64,000 nucleotides of DNA from a virus (taxonomy: Duplodnaviria > Caudoviricetes): positions 15,980 through 79,979 of IMG/VR virus record IMGVR_UViG_3300035152_000033, one strand, 5' to 3'. The first letter of the stretch is position 1; the number at the start of each line of letters is the position of its first letter. The translations under genes and the position numbers were made by a program. The notes under the pieces were generated by a model. It did no database searches. It saw only the letters and a list, made by a program, of their open reading frames with translations, and was not told where the DNA came from. Shown in pieces: positions 32,381 through 42,103 of the stretch.

Positions 32381-32490
32381 AAATAAAATAAGCTTCATTT
32401 ATTATCCTAGTGTGCAGCTCGAACAATAAATAAAGCTTTTATTTTATTAAAGACTAAAAACTGGCTGCACTTCATTTTTTAATCTTCAAT
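32381..32490 (-). ncRNA. Two-hairpin RNA with complementary loops (kissing loop 1)
   Basis: Promoter TTGACT-N17-TAGTAT at 32497-32525; loops GTGCAGC and GCTGCAC; stems contain five G-U pairs on this strand. Confidence 0.65.
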
Positions 32491-33214
32491 AATGAAATAC
32501 TAACACAAACCAATCTACAAGTCAACCTCTTAATCTTTTTCCTTCATCAACTCATTTGCACATTCAGCACAAACATTTAAAACCTGACCCGTTTTTTTAT
32601 GCGTCATTTCAATTAAAAAATAATGTACAGTCTTACCGCATTTCTCACATTTAGCAGTAAACACAGGCCTCATTATACCACTCCTTTCTACCATTTTTCA
32701 TGCTTACCATCAATCATCCAGCCATACTTACAACGATTGCAGTAACACTTTTTAACCTTTACGGTACCACCCTTAACATATTGAGTCGTTTCATCTACCT
32801 TATCAGACTTGCCACACTGCGGACATACTTCTTTAACAACCATATCAATCCCTCCTCATACTATATATTAGGAGCATTAGTCCTAAGGACATAACATTCA
32901 GGAGCAGGCTCCCAGGCAAAAAACATATTATCGGCATTAATTAACCTATCAATAAATACCTGATAATAGCCTAAATGTAAACAAACATTATAGCCACCAG
33001 CTTTGACCGCACTATCCATAGTATCAGCCAATAGGTCATATTTTTCTAATAAATCTTTTTTAGGTCCAGTTAACTTAAAGTCAAAAGGAGCAAAAGATAC
33101 CCAAACTACCTTTGATTCCTCAGCAACATTACACATTACTTTTGCTGGCTTAATAGAAATCAAAGATTTACTTCTATCTAATAATGTAAATCTCATCTCA
33201 TTCCTCCTTAGAAT

Positions 33215-33337
33215 AAATAAAGCCTCTTATTTTATGTTCAAAGTCAGAGTAACATAAAACAAAAGACTATTTTTTCATCATGTATTATTATATTTAAGGT
33301 TTTAAACTTGACTCTGACAACAACTTTAAAACCTTAA
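33215..33337 (-). ncRNA. Two-hairpin RNA with complementary loops (kissing loop 2)
   Basis: 13-bp and 18-bp stems with loops containing GTCAGAGT and ACTCTGAC. Confidence 0.6.
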
Positions 33338-33349
33338 CTACTTTAAATA

Positions 33350-33472
33350 AAATAAGCCTTCTCCTTGCCTATAGTTGTGATAGGACACGCATTTGTCGAA
33401 GCAGAAAACTTACAGGCCGCAGGTGATTTCACACAAGCTAGATTACTAAAATCTCTTCGATAACTTCATCCT
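33350..33472 (-). ncRNA. Candidate structured ncRNA (multi-stem, GC-enriched)
   Basis: Promoter TTGACA-N18-TATATT at 33479-33508; pairings AGGAT/GTCCT, TCGAAG/CTTCGA, AGATT/AATCT, CCTAT/ATAGG; no ORF. Confidence 0.5.
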
Positions 33473-33514
33473 GAAAACAATATATCACAAAATGGCACGC
33501 CATGTCAAGCATAA

Positions 33515-33638
33515 ATTAAAAACATCCTAGAATTTTCTAGGATGTTAAAACCTGCAACACATTATAAATTATAAGAAAAAGTAAAACTAATATTTATCAC
33601 TTATTATCCAGCACATAATAAATGAACCCATTCGACTT
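33515..33638 (-). ncRNA. Candidate sRNA, about 125 nt
   Basis: TTGCAT-N17-TATACT at 33645-33673; internal hairpin TCATTTATTAT/ATAATAAGTGA; terminator AACATCCTAGA/TCTAGGATGTT. Confidence 0.5.
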
Positions 33639-33655
33639 AAAAAAAGTATAACACA

Positions 33656-34003
33656 TTAAATCATACCATGCAACTGACAACGAATTTTAATATCACAAGG
33701 ATTAGCCCCAATATTTTTAGCTACTAATCTAAAAGAATAACCTTGCGGGCCTCCGTTACGATAAGTGGTATATTGACCAAAGGCCGCACTCATAGGAACA
33801 TTAAAAGGCATATTAGGCACATCCTCAACAAGTTCCGAATCTCTTCTTTGAAAATCCACTTCTATATCCTCAGTATTAGTGATCATCATTAGAACATCTC
33901 TAACGAATTGAATATCATTAAACCAACCAGATTTAACAACACCGCCAACATTAAGCCCAGCTACATCAATAACCAGACCCTTATCAATATAATTTGTATC
34001 CAT
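33656..34003 (-). CDS. Hypothetical beta-rich protein
   Basis: Likely start MDTNY after RBS GGAGG. Confidence 0.55.
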   Translation of the reverse strand: MDTNYIDKGLVIDVAGLNVGGVVKSGWFNDIQFVRDVLMMITNTEDIEVDFQRRDSELVEDVPNMPFNVPMSAAFGQYTTYRNGGPQGYSFRLVAKNIGANPCDIKIRCQLHGMI

Positions 34004-34060
34004 AAAATACCTCCAAAATATTAGTATATTTTCATAATAGCATAATATTTTTACTAACAC

Positions 34061-34158
34061 AAAAAATAGAAGCTAAAAGCTTCTATTGTATTTATGGTGT
34101 AATCCTCTATATAAATCCGTAAACTTATTTATAGGAAGGAATGACTAAAAGTATTTAT
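34061..34158 (-). ncRNA. Candidate sRNA, about 95 nt
   Basis: TTGACT-N17-TATAAT at 34165-34193, no ORF, terminator AATAGAAGC/GCTTCTATT-TTTT. Confidence 0.5.
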
Positions 34159-34189
34159 AAACACATTATACTTTAGTCATTCCCCAAAG

Positions 34190-34603
34190 TCAAACTTTCT
34201 TCTCAATAATGATTTTAACTTTATAGGACTCATCCGATACCAGATCACAACTAAATAAATCTTTTAATTTATTTAAAGCCTGGCCATCCACCCCAGGATA
34301 TTCCCTATAATTCTCTATCTCATAAAGCACATCATTTAAAACATCCAACTCCGCATAAGATAGAATAGTTTCCTCAGGCTCCAAAGAACCATCAAGCCAA
34401 AAATATCCCTTTACTTCAATATAAGTTTGGTCTTTTAAATTTACTAACTTCATTAATATGGCTTTTAAATGAGTCATATTCATAACATCAGGCCCCACTT
34501 TAGAGCTTACTATAGTATTACATTGCATATAAGTAGCCATAAGCCCAGACTTAGACCTGATATAATATTCCACACTATAATTATACATCTTTTCCATTCT
34601 CAT
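34190..34603 (-). CDS. Hypothetical protein, paralog of the adjacent gene
   Basis: Shares SKVGPD...L.A.L..L.NLK..TYI.V with 34600-34854. Confidence 0.6.
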   Translation of the reverse strand: MRMEKMYNYSVEYYIRSKSGLMATYMQCNTIVSSKVGPDVMNMTHLKAILMKLVNLKDQTYIEVKGYFWLDGSLEPEETILSYAELDVLNDVLYEIENYREYPGVDGQALNKLKDLFSCDLVSDESYKVKIIIEKKV

Positions 34604-34854
34604 TCCTCCACTAAAAATACTTTTTGAACCACAATATAAGTACCCTCTTTTAAATTTAATAAGCTTTCTAAAACAGCCTCAAGATAACTAAAAGACACCT
34701 CATCAGGCCCAACTTTAGATTGGATTGTATCTGCAGATAAAACTTTAGTATTTATAAAATCTGACTCTATAGTATATTTAACCACATAATCATAAAATTT
34801 ATCCACTTTCATTCCTCCCATAAACCTATTTTTTATCTGTCTTAACCACTCCAA
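34600..34854 (-). CDS. Hypothetical protein, paralog of the adjacent gene
   Basis: See 34190-34603. Confidence 0.55.
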   Translation of the reverse strand: MEWLRQIKNRFMGGMKVDKFYDYVVKYTIESDFINTKVLSADTIQSKVGPDEVSFSYLEAVLESLLNLKEGTYIVVQKVFLVEE

Positions 34855-36805
34855 TTATATAATCTCTCAGCATATACACAGAGCCTTTAATCATTGTATT
34901 ATTGCCAAAAGACACTAGCCATACAGCAAAAGCAATTAACCAACCTACTTTAAAACCTAAAATAATTAAACCCACAAGCCAAAAAATAAAACCTATATAA
35001 TTATACTTATTATATTTCATTTCTGATCCTTCCTTTTCTTGGAGCAATCTCCGCAAACAATAAAACTAAACTCTATATCCTTATTACAATCTTGGCACTT
35101 ATGACCTACTATTTCCACTCTAGGCTCCTCAGGCTTACCAGTGAAAATCCTTTGCCCTATAAAAGGCTTATAATGCACTTGCCTGGTATCCAATTGCCAT
35201 GCCGTATGAAGCATATTAGGCATGGTACCTTCCTCATGACAAAACCTACACGATATACAAAAAGGAACTACACCGTCTCTAGAGTTCCAAAGAATTTCCA
35301 TAGCTCCGCAAGCCTTACACCTATATAACATAAGGCAATAAGCCTCATTATATATAAATTTTTGTGTCATCCTTCTACCTCCACGATTAACTGATAATCA
35401 TCTAAAGACTTATCAGGCTTTATATTTAATACTCTTTCAAGAGTTCTAAGAACCCATCTTAATTCTCCGTAGATAGCTAAATTAGCCTCTAATTTGGCCT
35501 CATCAAATTGAATTAAATCATATCTATTTTTAGAAGCTTTAAAAGCAATCTGGTCTTTTGCCACATGATAAGCACTTAAGAAATCATCCCTACACTTATA
35601 ATACAAAGTAACCAGGTCCTCTGTCTCCTTAGAGGATAGCACATAATTTCTATTCTTGCATTCTTCTCTTTTTTCCTGAAAATTAATAGCCATTAATAAC
35701 CTCCTATAACACCTTTTTACTACACTCATCACATAAAAATAAATCAAATTTCCTTCTATAACTTATAATAGAGTTACCACACCCATTACTACACATAACC
35801 TTGCATTTTTGTTTACACTTAGTTATACAATAAGTACTTTCATTGTTTTCATATAATGGCAATATGCCTTTTATTTTTAATTTATGCTTGCAATCAATCA
35901 TTAATAACCTCCTTAACCCATAATCATCTTTTTACCCGTAGGACCACATTTAGGGCAATAATTAAACCAGCATCTAAAATCATCAGAGTATATATTCCAC
36001 CAATGATAATCTTTACTGGCTTTAACTGCCTCTTTATGGGTCTTACGCTTTATAAGCAGCCCACAAAGATCACACCTTAACTCATAAAAATTATTAGTAC
36101 TCTTTAAACTCATAACTTGATTCCTTTAAGCACACCCCTATAGGACTATTAGCCTCAGTAGCTAAATGACCATCCTTAAACTTAACTTTTAATTCACCGC
36201 TACCATCAAATTTAGTTATCCAGGCTATACCATTAGCCCCTTGACTCATAGAATTTAAACGAGTAATTTTGCCCTCAATAGTCTTTTCTCCATTACTGAT
36301 TAAAACAATCTGCCCCATAAGAGGATGCTCAGCCAATAAATCATCCACAGGACTATCCAGAAAACTTATAGTATCAGCAGGCACTAGGACCACCTGACCG
36401 ATCATTAATTCTACTATAGCCATAGGGTAAACTCCTTCCATATCAGAAGAACCAGCAGGACAAAAGCCATGAAACCATCCGACCACATCATAGGTATATT
36501 GATTATTAATATACACCTTTTCCACTAAAACCTTTCTAGGTTTCTTACCATCTTTAGTCATCCTTAAACCTCCCAGGTAATTTAATATCATGTATACCAT
36601 TAATTAATCTTAAGGCATACTCTAAGATTTCATCATCAGAAGCATTTACACCATTAAATATCTTTTTAACTTTTTTCAGCTCATACAATGTTTTAACAGA
36701 CACAGACAATAACACCTTTTTATCATTCTTATCATTCATAATAATTATTCCTCCTATACTACACACCCTACACTATAAATAAAATCACTTGTGCTCCTAA
36801 CAGGT

Positions 36806-36838
36806 ATTATACCGCCGAAGGAGCAAAGTTTAATGTTA
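36806..36838 (-). promoter_or_regulatory. Class II promoter
   Basis: TAACA-N22-TATAAT; near-duplicate of 55203-55235. Confidence 0.7.
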
Positions 36839-36864
36839 TTTTAAAAAATTTTTAAACTTTTTTT

Positions 36865-37176
36865 CTAACCTATACTAAGGAAATTATTATAAGCTATCAA
36901 ATCAGCTCTAATCGCTTTTAAAGCCTTTAAGTTAGCTTTAAATTTATCCACCATATCAGATAAAGTGCCTTCATCCAATAAGGCTAATTCATGCAGATTA
37001 ATCCATGAATGATACATAAATAGATCAGCATATTTATATTTAGTTTTTAAAGAATCATAAAAACGATTCTTATTTAATCTATTGCCTCTGAGTCTACTAA
37101 TAGCATTCTCAGTATTGAGACAATTTTTAGCTAACAATGATAATTCCATACTAAGCTCTAAATGTAATTTATTCAT
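36865..37176 (-). CDS. Early hypothetical protein
   Basis: 103-aa ORF behind a class I promoter. Confidence 0.65.
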   Translation of the reverse strand: MNKLHLELSMELSLLAKNCLNTENAISRLRGNRLNKNRFYDSLKTKYKYADLFMYHSWINLHELALLDEGTLSDMVDKFKANLKALKAIRADLIAYNNFLSIG

Positions 37177-37215
37177 TTAATCATCCTCCAAAAATTAATT
37201 TTATCTTATGTATCT

Positions 37216-37244
37216 ATATTAACATTATCCTTTACATATGTCAA
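37216..37244 (-). promoter_or_regulatory. Class I promoter
   Basis: TTGACATATGTAAAG...TGT-TAATAT, leader ATAAGATAAAATTAATTT. Confidence 0.88.
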
Positions 37245-37261
37245 GGATAAATATAAAAAAA

Positions 37262-37285
37262 TAGATAGGGCATAAACCCTATCTA
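37262..37285 (-). terminator. Intrinsic terminator ending the recombination operon
   Basis: TAGATAGGG/CCCTATCTA followed by a T-tract. Confidence 0.75.
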
Positions 37286-37286
37286 C

Positions 37287-37511
37287 TTATACTCTATGAT
37301 TCCAAATCTTAACCGCAGTATCCAAATCCAAGTAAGAAAAAGTATTAACAGCCATTACCTTTTCAATTTTACAATACTCACAACTCACAGAATAATGATA
37401 TATTTTTTCAATTCTATTAACTAACCACCTATCTACGCCCTTAGGTATGGTACCACAAAAAGGGCAACTCTTAATAGGTATCTTAGACTCTATTAACTCA
37501 TAATCCATCAT
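37287..37511 (-). CDS. Lar-like restriction alleviation zinc protein
   Basis: KSCPFCG...VSCEYC...AVKIWNHR. Confidence 0.65.
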   Translation of the reverse strand: MMDYELIESKIPIKSCPFCGTIPKGVDRWLVNRIEKIYHYSVSCEYCKIEKVMAVNTFSYLDLDTAVKIWNHRV

Positions 37512-38173
37512 TTCACCTTTTCAATTACAGTCTTATATTTAGGTTTACTGAACCTATAAACCCGATCAGCATAATCAATAAACTCTTTTTGATGAGTTAC
37601 AAGAATTATCTGCAGGTCCTTTCCTAACTCAGTAACCAATTTATTAATCACCTTAGCAATTAAAGGCACGTACTCAGCCGATAAATTAGCAAAGCTTTCA
37701 TCTAAAAATAAAACAGGTCTATATTTTTTAGACTGAAATACCAGGACTAATAATTTCAATAAGAACCCTACTATATTACTTACACCACCACCATTAGAAG
37801 ACATAACATCTGTGGTAACTTCTTTATCTTCATACATAAAAGTCAATACAGGTTTAATAGTAAATTGATTTCTTTCTATACTGTTAATAAATTTAAAACT
37901 TTTGAACTGTCCTTCAAAAATAATTGATAAAGCATAAGATATCAACATTTCAAATTTATCTTGTATATTTCTATGTTCTCTTTCACTGAATTTCTGGAAT
38001 AATCTAGCCACCTCTTCCAATATACTAGAATCAAATTTAAGCTCTTCCACAACTTTATCCAGATCAGCAATCCTACTATTTAAATCTTTTAATAATACCT
38101 CTTCTCTATTGACCGAAAATTCAAAATCATCAATAGCATTTGATAAAATACCTAATTTATTCATCATTCCCAT
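37508..38173 (-). CDS. Rad50/SbcC ATPase, C-terminal half
   Basis: Short coiled coil, signature-like SNGGG, Walker B VLFLDESF, H-loop ILVTHQ; no Walker A. Confidence 0.85.
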   Translation of the reverse strand: MGMMNKLGILSNAIDDFEFSVNREEVLLKDLNSRIADLDKVVEELKFDSSILEEVARLFQKFSEREHRNIQDKFEMLISYALSIIFEGQFKSFKFINSIERNQFTIKPVLTFMYEDKEVTTDVMSSNGGGVSNIVGFLLKLLVLVFQSKKYRPVLFLDESFANLSAEYVPLIAKVINKLVTELGKDLQIILVTHQKEFIDYADRVYRFSKPKYKTVIEKVK

Positions 38174-38182
38174 TATAACCTC

Positions 38183-39283
38183 CTAATCAAAATCAATTTG
38201 TAATTGATTTATAATAGCTAAATTATTATCATGCTCAAATAATAAAGCAGCTTTTCTAGTTTTCTTATCATCCCCTAATAAAATCTCTAAACTAGGATTA
38301 TCTATACAAGAAATAGCCCCTAATATATGCTCATGATTAACTCCTATAGTTCGATCAGGATGAGACCACGACACATCTATTACCTCAGTAGCCATATTAC
38401 CGTATCTATCCTTAGCCCTCAGAATTAAACTATTCTTTTTTAAAGCCACTAAAATTCCTTTTGTATTTTCATCCGCAGTAATCCGCACTCTCCTAATACC
38501 CGCTCGCAAAGCTGCCTTATCTACAGTTAATTTATATTTATTCTTCCTTGCGGGTTCAACTAATAAGGCTTCGACATCAGGATAATCCACATTATTCTTA
38601 GTTATTAAAAAGCAATCAATACCTGAAAATACTAATATATGGTCCTCAGTCTCCCCAATACCGATATTTTCTGTCTCAGTATTTTTAAGCATTTTTATTA
38701 AATCTTCTACAGCTCCAACAGGAAACTGCAAAGATATATCCTTCAAAGCTTCTAATTTAACCTGTCTAAATATAGCTCCATCAGAAGCCATCACCGACCC
38801 TTTAACTACATTAATCATCTGCAAAGCAGGTCTAACAGATTCCTTAGCAGCAGCCCCTTTTACTTTTAATAAAGCAGTTATTAAGGCTAATCTAGGCACA
38901 TCTATTTTAGTACAAGATTCAATCTTAGGAATCTCAGGATAATCATCAGGATTCATTAAATGTATAGACCACTCAGCTCCAGCACACTTAATTAAGGCTT
39001 TATCATCAGCCACAGAGATTAAAACTACATCATCCTCACAACCATTAATAATCTCTTTTAATGTTTTACCAGGAAATATAGCCTTGCCTGAGGACTCTAT
39101 TTCAATTAAATCACTGGAAGCCCTAATAGAAAGTTCTAAATCAGTAGCTATTATTTCAATGTCTTTATCTACTTTTATATGAAAGTTTTTAAGTATTGGC
39201 ATAAAATCGCCTTTTGACAATAATACTGCAGAGGCCTTATTTAATAAAGCCTCTAATACAAATTTTTTAATCCTAAATTTCAT
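38183..39283 (-). CDS. dnaN: DNA polymerase III beta sliding clamp
   Basis: 366 aa; PILKNF, IIATDLEL, DYPEIP, RPALQ, ASDG, DYPDV. Confidence 0.92.
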   Translation of the reverse strand: MKFRIKKFVLEALLNKASAVLLSKGDFMPILKNFHIKVDKDIEIIATDLELSIRASSDLIEIESSGKAIFPGKTLKEIINGCEDDVVLISVADDKALIKCAGAEWSIHLMNPDDYPEIPKIESCTKIDVPRLALITALLKVKGAAAKESVRPALQMINVVKGSVMASDGAIFRQVKLEALKDISLQFPVGAVEDLIKMLKNTETENIGIGETEDHILVFSGIDCFLITKNNVDYPDVEALLVEPARKNKYKLTVDKAALRAGIRRVRITADENTKGILVALKKNSLILRAKDRYGNMATEVIDVSWSHPDRTIGVNHEHILGAISCIDNPSLEILLGDDKKTRKAALLFEHDNNLAIINQLQIDFD

Positions 39284-39549
39284 AGTAATCCTCCTGCTTT
39301 TAATTTAGCCTCTATATCATTTAATTCTTTTTCTATCTCTGCCTCTAAAATTTCTTTTTTATTAACCAGATCATCATAATCCTTAATTCCAAATTTCTCT
39401 TTAGCACCAGCTAACAACTCATTATAAGAATTACTATTAATTTCTAATTCTCTCTCAGCTACAGCCAATTTTCTCTTGCCATCTTCTACAGCAGTTTTAC
39501 ATTCATTATATCTTTTAGTTAAATCTTTCATATCTAAACAACTCCTCAT
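39280..39549 (-). CDS. Small coiled-coil protein
   Basis: 89 aa with a heptad pattern, located within the SbcCD operon. Confidence 0.6.
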   Translation of the reverse strand: MRSCLDMKDLTKRYNECKTAVEDGKRKLAVAERELEINSNSYNELLAGAKEKFGIKDYDDLVNKKEILEAEIEKELNDIEAKLKAGGLL

Positions 39550-39720
39550 TAATTTTTTAAACTACTTTAGTCTTGCACTTAGGACAATACCATTCCTCAT
39601 TTATTTTCTCATAACATTTATTATGTATATCGGCTCCACATCCTTGACATATAGAATAAATATAACCCCCAACAGACTCATTACATATATCACAAATGAC
39701 ATCACCATTTAAATCTTTGC

Positions 39721-40599
39721 TCATAATTTAATTCTCCCATCTTCCACAGGTCTATCAATAGGCTTTTCCGCTTCTTTAGCAGCAGGGCAAAAAGCCTTTA
39801 CGGGGCATTGATAGCAATTAGTTTTATCATAATTCAAAAGCCATTTACCAGTATGAAGAGAGCTGCCTATTACCCCTATAGCTTTTTTAACTCTTTCATA
39901 CAACTTTTTAAAATCCTCACTTTTAAAAGACAAAGTTACTACCTTATCTTTTCTTAAAGGTACTATAAAACCACATTTAGTAACTTGCCATCCTGCCAAA
40001 GTTCCCATCATTGTATAATAACAAATTTGGTCCTCATCCATAAATCTGGCTGAACTGGTAACTTTAAGATCATATACCACCTTGTCATCTTCATCATACA
40101 AATCTAAAACACCAGTTAAGAAAACATTTTTATAAGCCTTTAATTTTATTCTCCATTTAGTTTCATTTCGCAAGTTCTTTTCAGTAAAACCAAAATCTAT
40201 GAAAACATCTTCTATAGCCTGAGCATTAACTACAGACTTCTCTCGCATATTATTAATATCCTGAGCATTTAAAGGGATAACATTATGCTTTTTTAAATAC
40301 AAATCAAATAGCTTTTTAGCTATAGACTGCATATAACCTATAATTAAATTACCATCTTCATCTCTACCATTAGCTAACCATTCCTCAAGACAAGAATGGC
40401 CTACACTACCAAGACAAAAATTTCTCTCATTAAATTCTTTGGGCTTCCAGTACATTATATTTTGCATAAAATATCTGCCTGGACAATATTCCAAAGACTT
40501 AAAAGAACTATAAGACAACTTTAAAGGTCTATTATTAAAATAATTTATCTTATAATTATAATCTTTAGAATCTAAATTTTTTACCTCTAAATACACCAA
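39721..40599 (-). CDS. PD-(D/E)XK RecB/Cas4-like exonuclease
   Basis: LSYSSF...YCP, GVLDL...VYDLKV, QICYY, C-terminal CYQCPVKAFC. Confidence 0.85.
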   Translation of the reverse strand: MVYLEVKNLDSKDYNYKINYFNNRPLKLSYSSFKSLEYCPGRYFMQNIMYWKPKEFNERNFCLGSVGHSCLEEWLANGRDEDGNLIIGYMQSIAKKLFDLYLKKHNVIPLNAQDINNMREKSVVNAQAIEDVFIDFGFTEKNLRNETKWRIKLKAYKNVFLTGVLDLYDEDDKVVYDLKVTSSARFMDEDQICYYTMMGTLAGWQVTKCGFIVPLRKDKVVTLSFKSEDFKKLYERVKKAIGVIGSSLHTGKWLLNYDKTNCYQCPVKAFCPAAKEAEKPIDRPVEDGRIKL

Positions 40600-40600
40600 A

Positions 40601-41683
40601 TCACCTCTTTACCTTTTCTAATATCTCTACAGCTTTTTTCTTTACTGCCTGATAAAATTCTAGAGCCTGATCCTCAGACGCAGGATCAATCTCTGGACTA
40701 TAAGCCTCAAATAATATTTCCTCTCCTATAGCTTTAATAGCCTCCTCAGTAGAAAAAATGCCAAAAGAGGTCTCATTAACATTATCTAATAAAGTTTTAA
40801 TAGACTCATCAATTTTATTATCAGAGCTTTCCTCTTTAAACACATCCTCTACTATAGGGATTTCCACTATTTTATGACTTAAACTTATCTCCTTATTTTT
40901 ATTACTCACATCAAATAACAAAAATTTAGGCTTTCTTCCCTTATCATCTATAGAAGTTCTAGAGACACTTCCTACTTGTACAAAAGTAGTAGTTTTATTA
41001 TTTAAAGTACTTTCCCAAATACCCTTATCATCATGCATATGAGCTATTAATCCTAAATCGAACTCTCCTGCTAAATCATCAGCAGGAATTACATCATAAG
41101 GATAAACTTTCCTATCCTTAACAATAGGCTGATGTAATAAAGCAATATCATAATACTTGCCTTTAAAAGAGTTGATAGCACTTGATTTTTTATACTCTTT
41201 AATTTTATTTAAAACTTCATCTGTTTTATTATAGGTATCACTTACAGGCAATACCCTAATTAATAACTCTGTATCCTCATCAACTATCTCAAAATCAGGA
41301 TTTATTATATAAGGTTTTTCTAAAAATCTAACCATAGGATGTTTCAAAATAGTGCCTATAGGCCTTTTATTTATAGTTTCTAATCTCCCATAACTAATAT
41401 CATGAGAACCCACTATAAATAATATAGGGCATGGAAACTCATCTAAAACCTTTAAAATTTTATTCACTAAACCATGCGATATTTTAGATGCTATTTTAGA
41501 ATGAAATAAATCCCCACCAAAAATAGCATACTCAGCATTAACCTTAAGGCAAGTCTGAGCTATAAATAACAATTTTTCTATTACTACATCACTATAAGAT
41601 TCATCCTTACGAGATGCAGGAGCGACATCCGCAAGATGGACATCGCTAAACCAACAAAATATCATTAAGACAACCCCTTTCAA
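40601..41683 (-). CDS. Mre11/SbcD metallophosphoesterase nuclease
   Basis: SDVHL, GGDLFH, GSHD, LLHQ, AHMH, VGSVSR. Confidence 0.88.
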   Translation of the reverse strand: MKGVVLMIFCWFSDVHLADVAPASRKDESYSDVVIEKLLFIAQTCLKVNAEYAIFGGDLFHSKIASKISHGLVNKILKVLDEFPCPILFIVGSHDISYGRLETINKRPIGTILKHPMVRFLEKPYIINPDFEIVDEDTELLIRVLPVSDTYNKTDEVLNKIKEYKKSSAINSFKGKYYDIALLHQPIVKDRKVYPYDVIPADDLAGEFDLGLIAHMHDDKGIWESTLNNKTTTFVQVGSVSRTSIDDKGRKPKFLLFDVSNKNKEISLSHKIVEIPIVEDVFKEESSDNKIDESIKTLLDNVNETSFGIFSTEEAIKAIGEEILFEAYSPEIDPASEDQALEFYQAVKKKAVEILEKVKR

Positions 41684-41686
41684 AAT

Positions 41687-41812
41687 TTAACTAAATTCAT
41701 CCTCTGACTCCCATTTAGTAGCGTTACATTTAGAGCATTCAAACTCATACTCTACCTTTCCATTTCTAATCCTGGTATTCCCAGTTTCTAACCATAAGTG
41801 CGAACATGCCAT
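41687..41812 (-). CDS. 41-aa zinc-finger mini-protein (not in ORF track)
   Basis: MACSHLWLETG...EFECSKCNATKW; RBS AGGAGG. Confidence 0.65.
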   Translation of the reverse strand: MACSHLWLETGNTRIRNGKVEYEFECSKCNATKWESEDEFS

Positions 41813-41834
41813 TAATCACACCTCCTTATCTATA

Positions 41835-41957
41835 TTAATCTTCTTCTACCCATTTAACTATATGACAATTAGAGCATTCTACCTCAAACTCATTTTTACC
41901 AGTAGACTTATTAACTCTAACCTCACCAGTCTCTTGCCAATCATGAGAACAACCCAT
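41835..41957 (-). CDS. 40-aa zinc-finger mini-protein, paralog of 41687-41812
   Basis: MGCSHDWQETG...EVECSNCHIVKW; RBS AGGAGG. Confidence 0.65.
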   Translation of the reverse strand: MGCSHDWQETGEVRVNKSTGKNEFEVECSNCHIVKWVEED

Positions 41958-41968
41958 AATTAAACCTC

Positions 41969-42100
41969 CTAATATTGCTCTATAACTACTTTCTCTTCGT
42001 TGCAATTATCACATTTATAAGTCAAAACATGAGTTTTACCTTTATCCTCAATATCAATTAAAATCATATCCTTACCACAACATACAGGAGTATCCGCCAT
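41969..42100 (-). CDS. 43-aa zinc-ribbon mini-protein
   Basis: MADTPVCCGKDM...YKCDNC; RBS GAGGAGG. Confidence 0.6.
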   Translation of the reverse strand: MADTPVCCGKDMILIDIEDKGKTHVLTYKCDNCNEEKVVIEQY

Positions 42101-42103
42101 TAA

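Noticed and set aside
39721-40599. Cas4 as part of a CRISPR-Cas system
   Set aside because: No other cas genes or array; it lies in a recombination operon, as is common for phage Cas4-like nucleases.
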